Assembly: GCA_964291405.2 (NCBI GenBank)
Contig: OZ219926.1
Coordinates: 960,001 to 1,024,000 of the forward strand
Length of the DNA: 64,000 nucleotides
Direction: 5' to 3'
DNA from: Thermodesulfobacteriota bacterium
GTDB lineage: Bacteria > Desulfobacterota > Binatia > Bin18
The notes under the pieces were generated by a model, which worked only from the letters and a program-made list of their open reading frames with translations, ran no database searches and was not told the DNA's origin. Positions 19,314 through 28,676 of the stretch are shown here, in pieces (the stretch's first letter is position 1; each line of letters opens with the position of its first letter). The translations under genes were made by a program, and so were the position numbers.

Positions 19314-19742
19314 GCGCAGGCAGAGGTCCGACCGTACGGCGTCTGTGGGACGCCATTTGAGCAGCTTATTTTTCAAACACTGTTTTGTCTTAACAATTCT
19401 CCCAAAAAAATAATAGGGGGGGGTCTCCGACCTGAATTCAATAAAATCAATAACTTATTGAACCACAGGGGTGTTTTTTGTGCTCTTTTCTGCTCCTTTT
19501 CCGCCCTTTTCTGCTCCTGAGTTGGGTAAAATCAATACCTTATTGAGCCGTGGGGGTGTTTTTTTCGGCTTACAAGCGCCGCCGTTTCGTACCCGGTCAT
19601 GTATAGCTCCTTACTGCGCAGCTTCGGCAGCGGCCACATTTTCCTGCTGTGGTTCAGGAATACGCATAAGCCGGCAGTTCGTGTATGTTCATGGTGGTAT
19701 TAGTCCAAACTCACTTTCTGTTGTCAAGCAGGAACCCCCCCC

Positions 19743-20113
19743 GGCCCTGCGACTCCGTTCATGCTGAGCCTGTCCTGAGTCCCCACGAAGGGCGTAGCGG
19801 AGCGAAGTCGAAGCAAGGACAGGCCCTGCGACTCCGTTCATGCTGAGCCTGTCCTGAGTCCCCACGAAGGGCGTAGCGGAGCGAAGTCGAAGCAAGGACA
19901 GGCCCTGCGACTCCGTTCATGCTGAGCCTGTCCTGAGTCCCCACGAAGGGCGTAGCGGAGCGAAGTCGAAGCAAGGACAGGCCCTTCGACTCCGTTCATG
20001 CTGAGCCTGTCCTGAGTCCCCACGAAGGGCGTAGCGGAGCGAAGTCGAAGCAAGGACAGGCCCTTCGACTCTGCTCAGGACAGGCCCTGCGACTCTGCTC
20101 AGGACAGGCCCTA
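19743..20113. repeat. Tandem array: four 79-bp units plus two 24-bp units, REP-derived
   Basis: ggccct(g/t)cgactccgttcatgctgagcctgtcctgagtccccacgaagggcgtagcggagcgaagtcgaagcaaggaca x4; the ORF track shows 79-nt periodicity. Confidence 0.95.
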
Positions 20114-20236
20114 CGGGCTTCTTCCCTGGGAGTGCGGGCTTCCAGCCCGCAAAGGAAATAGAAAGGCGGGCAAGATGCCCGCGCGCCCAGGAGAAGAAAA
20201 GAAATAGGCGGCCGGCGCACCGATCGATAAGAAATT

Positions 20237-20503
20237 TCACGACTCCGCGACCGATACGGCAGACAGGGTATCCTTGGCGATGACCGCATGCGCGTAGGCG
20301 ATGCACGCGCGAATGTCATCCGCTTCCAGGTCGGGATAATCCTCCAGAATAGCCGCTGGCGTCACGCCCTGTGCCAGCAGACTCAGGATGAGTTCCACCG
20401 AAATACGCATATCCCGAACAATGGGTTTGCCGCCAAAGACATCCGGGCGCACGGTGATGCGGGTCAATAGGGAAGCGTTTATTTTGTCTTCGGTTGCGGC
20501 CAT
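20237..20503 (-). CDS. DUF433 family antitoxin-like protein (orphan)
   Basis: RITVRPDVFGGKPIVRDMRISV...ILEDYPDLEADDIRACIAYA; no DUF5615 PIN partner adjacent. Confidence 0.9.
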   Translation of the reverse strand: MAATEDKINASLLTRITVRPDVFGGKPIVRDMRISVELILSLLAQGVTPAAILEDYPDLEADDIRACIAYAHAVIAKDTLSAVSVAES

Positions 20504-20727
20504 GGATGGTATTAGTTCAAAGCTATTTTCGGTTGTCAAGCGGACGGCTAGAGCAAATTACGATTCCGTGTAGCCGCCCGTCATTCCTGCGCAAGCAGGA
20601 ATCCAGCCCAGCCCCTCGGCCTCTGGATGCCGGATCAAAGCCTGCCCTGGAAAGGGGGATGAAAACAGACAGGCGAGACGGGTTGCCTCTCCTGGGAGAC
20701 AATCACGGAACCGGGCTGCTACCAGCC

Positions 20728-21345
20728 TCAGCCCTGGAGCAACTTGAGCAGCGCCACAACCACCCCACCCTGGGCAATCAGCGCCCCCATCACCCACTTG
20801 AGCAGGTCGGATTTCATATCGGCCAGAGCGGCCTGAGTTCCCAGGCGCAGGGCCTCAATGTCGGTCTTGGTCCCCCGGCGCAGGGCCTCAATGTCGACCT
20901 TGGTCTCCTGGCGCAGGGCCTCAATATCCCGTTGGACCCCGGCGATGCTGGTCTTCGTCTCCTGGCGCAGGGCCTCAATATCCCGTTGGACCCCGGCGAT
21001 GCTGGTCTTCGTCTCCTGGCGCAGGGCCTCAATATCCCGTTGGACCCCGGCGATGCTGGTCTTCGTCTCCTGGCGCAGGGCGTCGATATTGGCCTTCGTC
21101 TCCTGGCGCAGGGCGTCGATGTTCGCTTGCGTCTCCTGGCGCAGGGCGTCGATGTTGGCCTTGGTTTCCTGGCGTAAGGCGTCGATGTCCTGGTGGATCG
21201 CGGCGACATCGGCTTGGGTGGCCAGGTTGGAATTGAGCAGGCTCACCTGCTCGTCGGCCAGGACTTCGGCCTGCTGCTCGGTAAAGCCGTTCTCGGTCAG
21301 ATGCTTGACGAACCGATGGGTGTCAAACGCGATCGCTTCGGACAT
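20728..21345 (-). CDS. DUF1640/CCDC90-like coiled-coil protein with 11-residue repeats and C-terminal TM
   Basis: FDTHRFVKHLTENGFTEQQAE, repeated I(D/E)ALRQETKxx units (33- and 60-bp DNA repeats). Confidence 0.82.
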   Translation of the reverse strand: MSEAIAFDTHRFVKHLTENGFTEQQAEVLADEQVSLLNSNLATQADVAAIHQDIDALRQETKANIDALRQETQANIDALRQETKANIDALRQETKTSIAGVQRDIEALRQETKTSIAGVQRDIEALRQETKTSIAGVQRDIEALRQETKVDIEALRRGTKTDIEALRLGTQAALADMKSDLLKWVMGALIAQGGVVVALLKLLQG

Positions 21346-21373
21346 GGGACGAGACTGTAGCATAGTCCACGCG

Positions 21374-21590
21374 CCCCTGGGAGGGCGGGCTGCCAGCCCG
21401 TAAAAGAAGCCTCTTCCCTGGGAGTGCGGGCTTCCAGCCCGCAAAGAATAAAGCAGGCGGGCAATGAGAGATTCCCCCCTGGGAGTGCGGGCTGCCAGCC
21501 CGCAGAGGAAGGAACAGGCGGGCAAGATGCCCGCGCGCCCAGGGGGGGAGAGAAAAAACAGGCAGGCAAGATGCCTGCGCTCCCAGGGGG
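21374..21590. repeat. Dense cluster of REP family A flanking the RAYT gene (also 22410-22540 and many dispersed copies)
   Basis: TGGGAG(T/C)GCGGGC(TTCCA/ATCTT)GCCCGC hairpins in both orientations; also near 1721, 2499, 4654, 8408, 10084, 18320, 20127, 28035, 31356, 32132, 53155, 54665, 56860, 58255. Confidence 0.9.
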
Positions 21591-21617
21591 AAGAAAAGAA
21601 AAAAGGAAGCGGATAGG

Positions 21618-22402
21618 ATGACCGAGCGGACAGAAGAGGGTATGCGCTCCCCAGAGCCGAGATGGCACTCCCGCGGCTATCTGCCACACTTCGAGGGCGG
21701 GGCCGTTCCCCAGACTCTCACCTTTCGTCTGTACGACAGCCTTCCGGCGACATTACGAGCCACCTGGGCATCAGCGTTGGCACATCTGCCTGAAGCCGAA
21801 CGACGTTCACAGAAACGCCGGCGCATCGAGACTGCGCTCGATAACGGCTATGGCGCGTGTTTGCTGGCAAACCCGGACGTGGCCCGGCTAGAGCAAATTA
21901 CGATTCCGTGTAGCCCTTCGACTTCAGGCGCGTTGCGCCTGCCGCTCAGGACTAACGGTCTGCCGTTCGTGCTGAGCGTAGCGGAGCGAAGTCGAAGCAG
22001 GGATGCCGGAGCGCGTCCGACATGACGAGCACGTAACGGCAGGGCTACAGCCTATAGTAAAACGCTCTAGTGGTAGATGCCCTCAAGCACTTCGACGGGG
22101 AACGCTATCATCTTCATGCCTGGTGCGTGATGCCGAACCACGTACATGTTCTGGTTACGCCGCTCGGGCGCCATACGCTTTCCTCAATCGTCCATTCGTG
22201 GAAGTCGCATACGGCGAATCGCGCCAATAAACGGCTGGGCCGGCGCGGAGCGGTGTGGATGCAGGAGTATTTCGACCGGGCGGTCCGCGACGAACGGCAC
22301 TTCATCGCGGCTGTGGAGTATATCGAAAACAATCCGGTGCAGGCCGGGTTGTGTGAGCAAGCCATGGATTGGGAATGGAGCAGCGCGGGAGAGAGGAGCT
22401 GA
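21618..22402 (+). pseudogene. rayT: REP-associated tyrosine (Y1/HUH) transposase, RAYT, disrupted by a 179-bp MITE
   Basis: WHSRGYLPHF...TFRLYDSLP | WCVMPNHVH...WKSHTA...WMQEYFDR...YIENNPVQAGL. Deleting 21890-22068 restores one 201-aa frame (VARL-VVDALKHF). Confidence 0.92.
21890..22068. mobile_element. MITE (type B), 179 bp; near-identical inverted copy at 56619-56797
   Basis: Imperfect 28-bp terminal inverted repeats agagc-N14-tgtagccct; I see one base difference between the two copies. Confidence 0.92.
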
Positions 22403-22559
22403 GATTCCTGCCTGGGAGTGAGAGATTCCCCCCTGGGAGGGCGGGCTGCCAGCCCGTAAAAGAAGCCTCTTCCCTGGGAGTGCGGGCTTCCAGCCCGCAG
22501 AGGAAAAAACAGGCGGGCAAGAGGCCCGCGCTCCCAGGAGAAGAGAAAGAAAGGAGACT

Positions 22560-22726
22560 AGAGCGGTTTACGATAAGTTGTAGCCATATTATTCCGTCTT
22601 CGTCATGCCGGACCCCGGATCATGTCCGGGGCAGGCTTTGATCCGGCATCCAGAGGCCGAGGGGCTGGGCTGGATTCCTGCTTGCGCAGGAATGACGGGC
22701 GGCTACACGGAATCGTAATTTGCTCT
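22560..22726. mobile_element. MITE (type C); partial inverted copy at 20550-20650
   Basis: ct|agagcggtttacgataagttgtagc ... gctacacggaatcgtaatttgctct|ag with internal palindromes. Confidence 0.82.
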
Positions 22727-22742
22727 AGTAAAATACTCGCTG

Positions 22743-24919
22743 TTATTCCTCGCTGGTTTCGGGCTGCGCGGCGGCGGGCTGGCGGGTGCCTTCGACGACT
22801 TCGCGTAGCCGGTGGACGCGGTTGGTGAATTCCTCTGTCACAATTTGTGCTTCGTTGCGGTCGCGAATGACGTGGGGGGTGATCAGGATGACCAGTTCGG
22901 TCCGCTCGCGCTTGTCCTGTTCGACCCGAAAGAGGCGGCCCAGCACGGGCACGTCCATCAGAAAGGGCACGCCGTTGCGGGTGCGCTCGACCCGTTCGTC
23001 AATAATGCCGCCGAGCAGCACGGACTCGCGGTTCTGCACGACGACCGTGGTTTCGGTTTCGCGCGAGGTAAAGCTGGGCGAGTTGGTGTCGCCGAACGAG
23101 GCGACTCCGACATCGCTGACCTCCTGGCGAATCTCCATATTGACCAGGCCGGCCGAGTTGACCTGGGGCAGGATGGTCAGAATCGTGCCGGTATCCCGGT
23201 ACTGGATGCTGGACACGATATTCGCGGCCGCCAGGGTGCTCTGCTGGGTGGAGGTCAGAATCGGCACCTCTTCCCCGATCAGGATATGCGCTTCGCGATT
23301 ATCCGCGGCAATCACATGCGGGGTAGCCAGAATGTTCACCCTGGAGCGCGAGTTGACGGCGTTGATCAGCGACATAAAATGCTTCTGGTCGGTAATGAAA
23401 GAGAACAGGCCGCTCTGGCCGACATTCACCGCCCGCTTGGCCCCGGCCTGGAGCAGCGAGCCGCTGGTGCCACTCCCCCCGGCCGAGTCGAGAATATCCC
23501 CTATTTTCCCGGAGGCAAAGGCGTATTCGATGCCGAATTGCAGGTCGCCGGTCAGCCCGATCTCCGCAATGATAGCCTCAATCAGCACCTGCCGGGGAAC
23601 CACGTCGAGCCGGACCAGCACCTCCCGGATTTTGTCGTAATCGCGCGGGGTGGCCAGAACAATCAGGGAGTTCGAGATCTCGTCGGCCACAATGCGGACG
23701 ACTTCCTTGAAGAGCGGCGTCTCGCCCTCTATGGGCTCGATCAGGACGCTGCGGCCCCCACCGCCGCGCGAGCCGCGCCCGCCGAGTCCCCCGGAGCGGC
23801 CGATGCCGGTCTCCGAGTCTCTGTCGCCGCGGTCGGCATCCTGGTTGACCTCCCGGTCGCGCCCGCTGCGGCTCCCGCCGCCACCCCCGCCGCCGTATAA
23901 GTCGCCCAGCACACTGGCCAGGTCGGCGGCCTTGGCGTTCTCGACCGCGTACACGTAGACGGTGCGCCCGCCGCCCTTTTCGGGCGGGACATCCAGGACT
24001 CTGATCCATTTTTCGATCTGGCTGAAAATCTCCTCGTTAAAGCCGAAGACGACAATCGCGTTCAGCCGGGTGAGCGGAATGATGTACAGCCCGCGCTCTT
24101 CCGCGTTCTCGGCGGTCACGCCGTAGGGCTGGAGAATGCTCGCCAATTCCTTGCCCAGGTCCTCAACGTTGGCGTGTTCGATGCGGTAAATCTGGGTGTG
24201 GAGGGTCCGAAACGTGTCCGTATCGAACGCGGCGATCAGGTCGCGCAGGCGTTCGACGTTCGAGGCCAGATCGACCAGGATGACCAGATTGCCGCGCGGG
24301 TAGGCCACCACGTCGCCGCCGGGCGAGACAAAGGGTTGCAGAATTTCCGTCATTGCGGTGGCCGCAATATGCTCGAGCCTGATCAGTTCGATGACGAACT
24401 CGTCCTGCGCGGACGCGGTGCGGCGCTGGCCGCTGCTGCCGCTCAGCAGGGGCACCTTGGTCTTGGCCTCGCCCACCGGGGCAATATGGTAGATGTCGCC
24501 GACCTTGACCGCGGCGATGCCGTGGATGCGCAGGATCTGATGGAACAGCGGAAAGAGGTCCTGGCCGTGAATTTTGCTGGCCGTCCGCAGGGTGACCGCG
24601 CCCTGCACCCTGGGGTCGATCGAGTAGTGGATGCACAGCCCCGCGGCCAGCCCCTGGATGACCTCCCGAATGTCGGCTCCCTCGAAATTCAGTTCAATGA
24701 GTTCGTCCTCGCCAACCGGGACGCATTCTCCCGCGCCGCCGGCCGGATAGCGGCCAGCGCCGGGTCATCCTCGTCGGACAGCCCGTCGTCGGCAAACGGC
24801 TCGTCTTCAGACAGCGCGTCGTCGGCCTCCTGCGCGCGGCCCGGTGTCGGCCAGATCAACAAGAAGCTCAACAAGAAAAAACACAGGAGAAGACATGTCC
24901 ATTCCCCGGCCCGTCCCAT
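22743..24919 (-). CDS. gspD: Type II secretion secretin GspD with an apparent frameshift near the N-terminus
   Basis: Secretin motifs (QVLIEAIIAE, VPFLMDVPVLGRLF, ELVILITPHVI). The N0 domain (IELNFEGADIREVI...IDPRVQG) is in frame upstream of the called ORF, but the signal peptide is in another frame. Confidence 0.88.
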
Positions 24920-25142
24920 TCCCACTACCCATGTCAACATAAAGTCCTACATTCCTCTCTATACTGCTTTACCGGCCTCTCAACTCGGTCGTGGTTCAGT
25001 TTGCTTCTTCCCCCTCACCCCCGCCCTCTCCCTCCAGGGGAGAGGGAGCAGATTTTCCCGCCCCTGTGAGGGAGGGGGAGCACTCCGTCGGCTGGGGGCA
25101 AGCGCGATGTGAAACTGAACCACGAGCCTCAACTCTGGCCTC

Positions 25143-25931
25143 TCACTCTGGCTCTGCCGCCTGCGCCTCTGCTTCTACCGGCTCTACCGGCTCTACCGGC
25201 TCTTCGGCTTCTCTCGCTTGTTCTCGTTTGGCCCGGCGCTCACGCGCGGCCTGTCGCCGGATCGTGCGCAGGCGGCGCTGCAACTGACGGATATTCTCCC
25301 GAATCTGGGCCGGATCATCGCCGCCCGTCTCAACCGCGGCCTGGGTCTGGGCCTCTGCGGCCTGGCCCTGATCCTGTTTCGTTTGTTTTTTGACGGGTGC
25401 CTTCTTGGGGATCAACTGGGGCAGGCTCTTGGCCTTTTTACTGCTGAGCAGAGCCAGGGGCAAGGCGACCTCTCCCCCGCCATTCCCCAGGGAGAGGGTG
25501 GCCTCGGCGGCGGTCAGCCGGGTGAGGCGATACAGGTCGCCGATCTGCTCGCCCTTCTGTACCCGCGTCACGCGATTACCCTGTGAGGAGTCGGACAGAA
25601 ATGCCTCCTCCCGCCCTGGGGTCAGCAGGACGCCGACCAGGGTGAGATGCGAGGGCGGCGGGGGCGGTTCGGCGGAAACGACGGGCTGGACCACGACCGG
25701 CCGCTTGCGGTCCGGCGAAAAGAGGTCCTTGTCGGTGATCTGTTGGGCCAGGCGCTGGCCGGCCCGGATGCGGCGCGCCGGCAGGGCCGTGGCGGGGCGG
25801 TCCTTTTTTGGGGTGCGCGCCGACTCCGATGGGACGCCCGGCATGGCCCGGCTCCAGGTACTGGCCACCTGCCAGACAATACCGAGGGCGATGACCGCCA
25901 GGATGATATGAAAAAATCGCCGAATACGCAT
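25143..25931 (-). CDS. T2SS accessory protein, GspC-like
   Basis: N-terminal TM, DLFSPDR and LTLVGV...AFL motifs; located between gspM and gspD. Confidence 0.6.
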   Translation of the reverse strand: MRIRRFFHIILAVIALGIVWQVASTWSRAMPGVPSESARTPKKDRPATALPARRIRAGQRLAQQITDKDLFSPDRKRPVVVQPVVSAEPPPPPSHLTLVGVLLTPGREEAFLSDSSQGNRVTRVQKGEQIGDLYRLTRLTAAEATLSLGNGGGEVALPLALLSSKKAKSLPQLIPKKAPVKKQTKQDQGQAAEAQTQAAVETGGDDPAQIRENIRQLQRRLRTIRRQAARERRAKREQAREAEEPVEPVEPVEAEAQAAEPE

Positions 25932-25940
25932 ACCCTGGGC

Positions 25941-26618
25941 TTACTCTCCCTTGGCTTCCTGTGCTTGCTTGGCTCCCAGCGCTTTCCTGGCGACCTGAAG
26001 GGCCGCTCCCCCCTGGGCGCTTTCCCGCATGATGCCTTCCACCTCAAGCGTAATCGTGAGGGGTGGGCGGGCGGCCTGACGGCGACGGCGACGGCGGCGC
26101 TTGGAGGTGCCGATATTCAAACGGGAGACCGACAGCAACCAGTCCGCATATTCCACCCGGGCCAGGAAATCCGCAACCGCCGGCGTGTCGCCCCGAAACG
26201 TCATCTGTACCCGCGTCTTGCGCAGGGACCCGAGCGATTTGTCTCGCATGACCTGGGTCGTGACCAGGGTCAGCCCGCTGCGGTCGGCAAAGGTCTGGAC
26301 CCGTTCCTGAAGCCGGGCCGCGGCCAGGGTCGGGGTTTCACCGGGGACGAGCTGGTCATAGGCCGCGGCAAACTGTTTCTCCAGGAGGCGCATCCGTTGT
26401 TGGACTGCGGCGGCGCGCTCCCGTTGCCGCTGCATTTTTGCCAGACGCTGCACGTCGCGCTCGATCCGCTCTTCGAGCTGGGCGGTATAGGCCAGATAGG
26501 GGGCAACCACGCCATAGCGGAGGACGACCAGCAGCAGGGCGCCACAGGCCAGACCGGCCAGGACCCGCTCTCGGGCGGAGAGCCGCCGCCAGGCCTCCAG
26601 GAGTGCGGCTAGTCGCAT
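25941..26618 (-). CDS. gspM: T2SS protein GspM/PilO-like
   Basis: WRRLSARERVL, TM helix, coiled coil, ferredoxin-like C-terminus; operon context. Confidence 0.8.
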   Translation of the reverse strand: MRLAALLEAWRRLSARERVLAGLACGALLLVVLRYGVVAPYLAYTAQLEERIERDVQRLAKMQRQRERAAAVQQRMRLLEKQFAAAYDQLVPGETPTLAAARLQERVQTFADRSGLTLVTTQVMRDKSLGSLRKTRVQMTFRGDTPAVADFLARVEYADWLLSVSRLNIGTSKRRRRRRRQAARPPLTITLEVEGIMRESAQGGAALQVARKALGAKQAQEAKGE

Positions 26619-28024
26619 GGGTTCACCTGTGCGCCCAGGGTAAAGGTTTCGCCCCGGCTTGAGGTCTTGAAGGGCGCTTTGGGCGCCACGTCCTGCAGGC
26701 AGGGCGAGGCTTCCAGGGCGCCGACCAGATCGGAGGCCGAGCCGGTCTTGGCCACGCCCGTGAGTTCGACCTTGCCGTTCCTGAACTGGAAGGTGGTGAG
26801 GTAGACCTGCTGGGGGATGCGCTCGGACATATCTTTGAGGAGCGGGGTCAGCCGGATGCGGGTCTCGGAGCGCAGGGTCTGGAGTTGGGCCTGGAGGCGT
26901 TGCGCGACGGCTTCATCATCCTGGACCTGACGCACCGCCGGGGCCAGGGTGTGAATCTGGTCCCGGACCCGGTTGAGGGCGCGGCGGTCCTGGACCATAA
27001 CGGACGCGGCCCAGACCAGGCTCAGCACCAGAATACAGCCGACAAAGACCAGGGTGAGCGGGGAGAGCAGCTTTTCGCGGTGCGCCCGGCTTTCCGCCGG
27101 CAGGACATTGACTTCTTCCCCCTCGCCTACGGCCTGGAGGGAAGCGCCGATGGCGGAGCAGGTCACGACGGACATGGCCCCGTCCGCGGCGACGACCGGA
27201 AAGTGTTCCTGGGCGGCGTGGGCCAGGTCCCGTTCCGGCTCCACGCTCACGGGCAGCGTGCCGTGCCCGTCCCAGGTAAAGACGGGAATCGTGTCCGGCG
27301 CGCTGCCGGGGAAGTTGCGGGCAATGCTGTGGGCGAGCGTATCGGCCCACATCCCGGCCTCGGCAACGCGCGCAATCGGCACGGTATGACTGGCCACGAG
27401 CTGCCGCTCGTGCAGAAAGTTCAGCTCCAGGTTCCCGTCCTCCCGAGCGGCAAGGACCTGCTGCCGGTCCTCGACCGGACAACAGGCGGACAGGGTGGTG
27501 GCGTGTGCGGCGCTGCTCAGGGTGACGCTCTGCGGGCGCAGATTGTGCTCGACCAGGAGGTTGACCAGGGGATCGACGGTCTGGCGGGGAAAACAGAAAA
27601 TGACGACGCCGAGCCGCCGCTCCTCCCCGCCCTCTTCGGTCGTTACGTAATCGTAATAGATCTCTTCCTCACGGAAGGGCAGCAGGCGTTCGACTTCATA
27701 GCGGACCACCTGTTCCAGCGAGCCACGCGCGGCTTCCGGCACGACCAGCCGGCTCACGCTCGCCTCTTTTCGGGGCAGGCACAGGACGGTCTGGTCGGGC
27801 AGGGTTTCGATGTCGGCCAGAAAGTCGTCCAGGGCCCAACGGATGGCGGGCAGATGGTCCGCGGCGGTTTCCGGCAGGGGAACGGTCCGCGTCGTTTTCA
27901 ACCCGACCTGAAAAAAGCGCTTGGTGCTGTGCACAAAGCTGACCGCGTGCGACCCAACGGCGATGCCGAGGCCGTCACAATAGTCAACCGCGGCGAGGCG
28001 CTGTACGCTCGGCGGGAGATTCAC
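26609..28024 (-). CDS. gspL: T2SS protein GspL (PilM/PilN-like)
   Basis: Actin-like cytoplasmic domain (EVERLLPF...YYDY), VNVLP, TM helix, PilN-like periplasmic domain. Confidence 0.8.
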   Translation of the reverse strand: MNLPPSVQRLAAVDYCDGLGIAVGSHAVSFVHSTKRFFQVGLKTTRTVPLPETAADHLPAIRWALDDFLADIETLPDQTVLCLPRKEASVSRLVVPEAARGSLEQVVRYEVERLLPFREEEIYYDYVTTEEGGEERRLGVVIFCFPRQTVDPLVNLLVEHNLRPQSVTLSSAAHATTLSACCPVEDRQQVLAAREDGNLELNFLHERQLVASHTVPIARVAEAGMWADTLAHSIARNFPGSAPDTIPVFTWDGHGTLPVSVEPERDLAHAAQEHFPVVAADGAMSVVTCSAIGASLQAVGEGEEVNVLPAESRAHREKLLSPLTLVFVGCILVLSLVWAASVMVQDRRALNRVRDQIHTLAPAVRQVQDDEAVAQRLQAQLQTLRSETRIRLTPLLKDMSERIPQQVYLTTFQFRNGKVELTGVAKTGSASDLVGALEASPCLQDVAPKAPFKTSSRGETFTLGAQVNPCD

Positions 28025-28170
28025 CCAAGCCTCCTGGAGCGGCCATCCTGGCCGCCGGCGGGCTGGAAGCCCGCTCTCCCAGGGGAGGAGCGGAACATAT
28101 CCCCTCCCTGGAGGGGTGGCCGACGGCCGGGGGGGGTCTTTTTCGCATCACCGTCTTCCTGTCACAGCGC

Positions 28171-28614
28171 TTATTCGGAACTGAGAATATCGGCATCAAT
28201 ATCGGCACCACCGGTCGCGCCGTCCGCGCCGTAGGACAGCACCTCGAACCCTTTCCCGGCATGGCGATAGACATAGTCACGGTCCCAGGGGTCCTTGGGC
28301 ACCTGCTTTCTGAGATAGGGGCCGTCCCAGCGCTCCACGCCGGACGGCGCCTGGCGGAGCACGGACAAGCCTTCCTCTTCGGTCGGATAGCGACCGACGT
28401 CCAGTTTGAACATCTCCAGCGCGCTGGCGAAATTCTCGATCTGCACCCGGGCGGCCTGGGGCTTGGCTTTCTCGGCCCGGCCCATGACGTTCGGCCCGAC
28501 CAGGGCCACCAGCAGACCGATGATGACCATCACGACCAGGAGTTCGATGAGCGTAAAACCGGCCTGACCGGACATTTGGGTCGGTTGGGTGGATTGAGGG
28601 GGATTATGTCGCAT
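28171..28614 (-). CDS. gspG: T2SS major pseudopilin GspG
   Basis: GFTLIELLVV prepilin site, LDVGRYPT..GL, WDGPYL, DPW, SYGADG. Confidence 0.96.
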   Translation of the reverse strand: MRHNPPQSTQPTQMSGQAGFTLIELLVVMVIIGLLVALVGPNVMGRAEKAKPQAARVQIENFASALEMFKLDVGRYPTEEEGLSVLRQAPSGVERWDGPYLRKQVPKDPWDRDYVYRHAGKGFEVLSYGADGATGGADIDADILSSE

Positions 28615-28676
28615 ACGCCTTTTCCTTTCTGAGCGTTCTTTCTGCCTGTCTCTTTCTATCTGTCTCTTTCTATCTA

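Noticed and set aside
19743-20113. Possible CRISPR array
   Set aside because: The units are contiguous near-identical 79-mers with no unique spacers, and there are no cas genes.
26885-28234. Long antisense ORFs (also 48232-49872, 57298-58557, 61146-62351, 40250-41443)
   Set aside because: Antisense shadows of high-GC genes with clear homology on the other strand.
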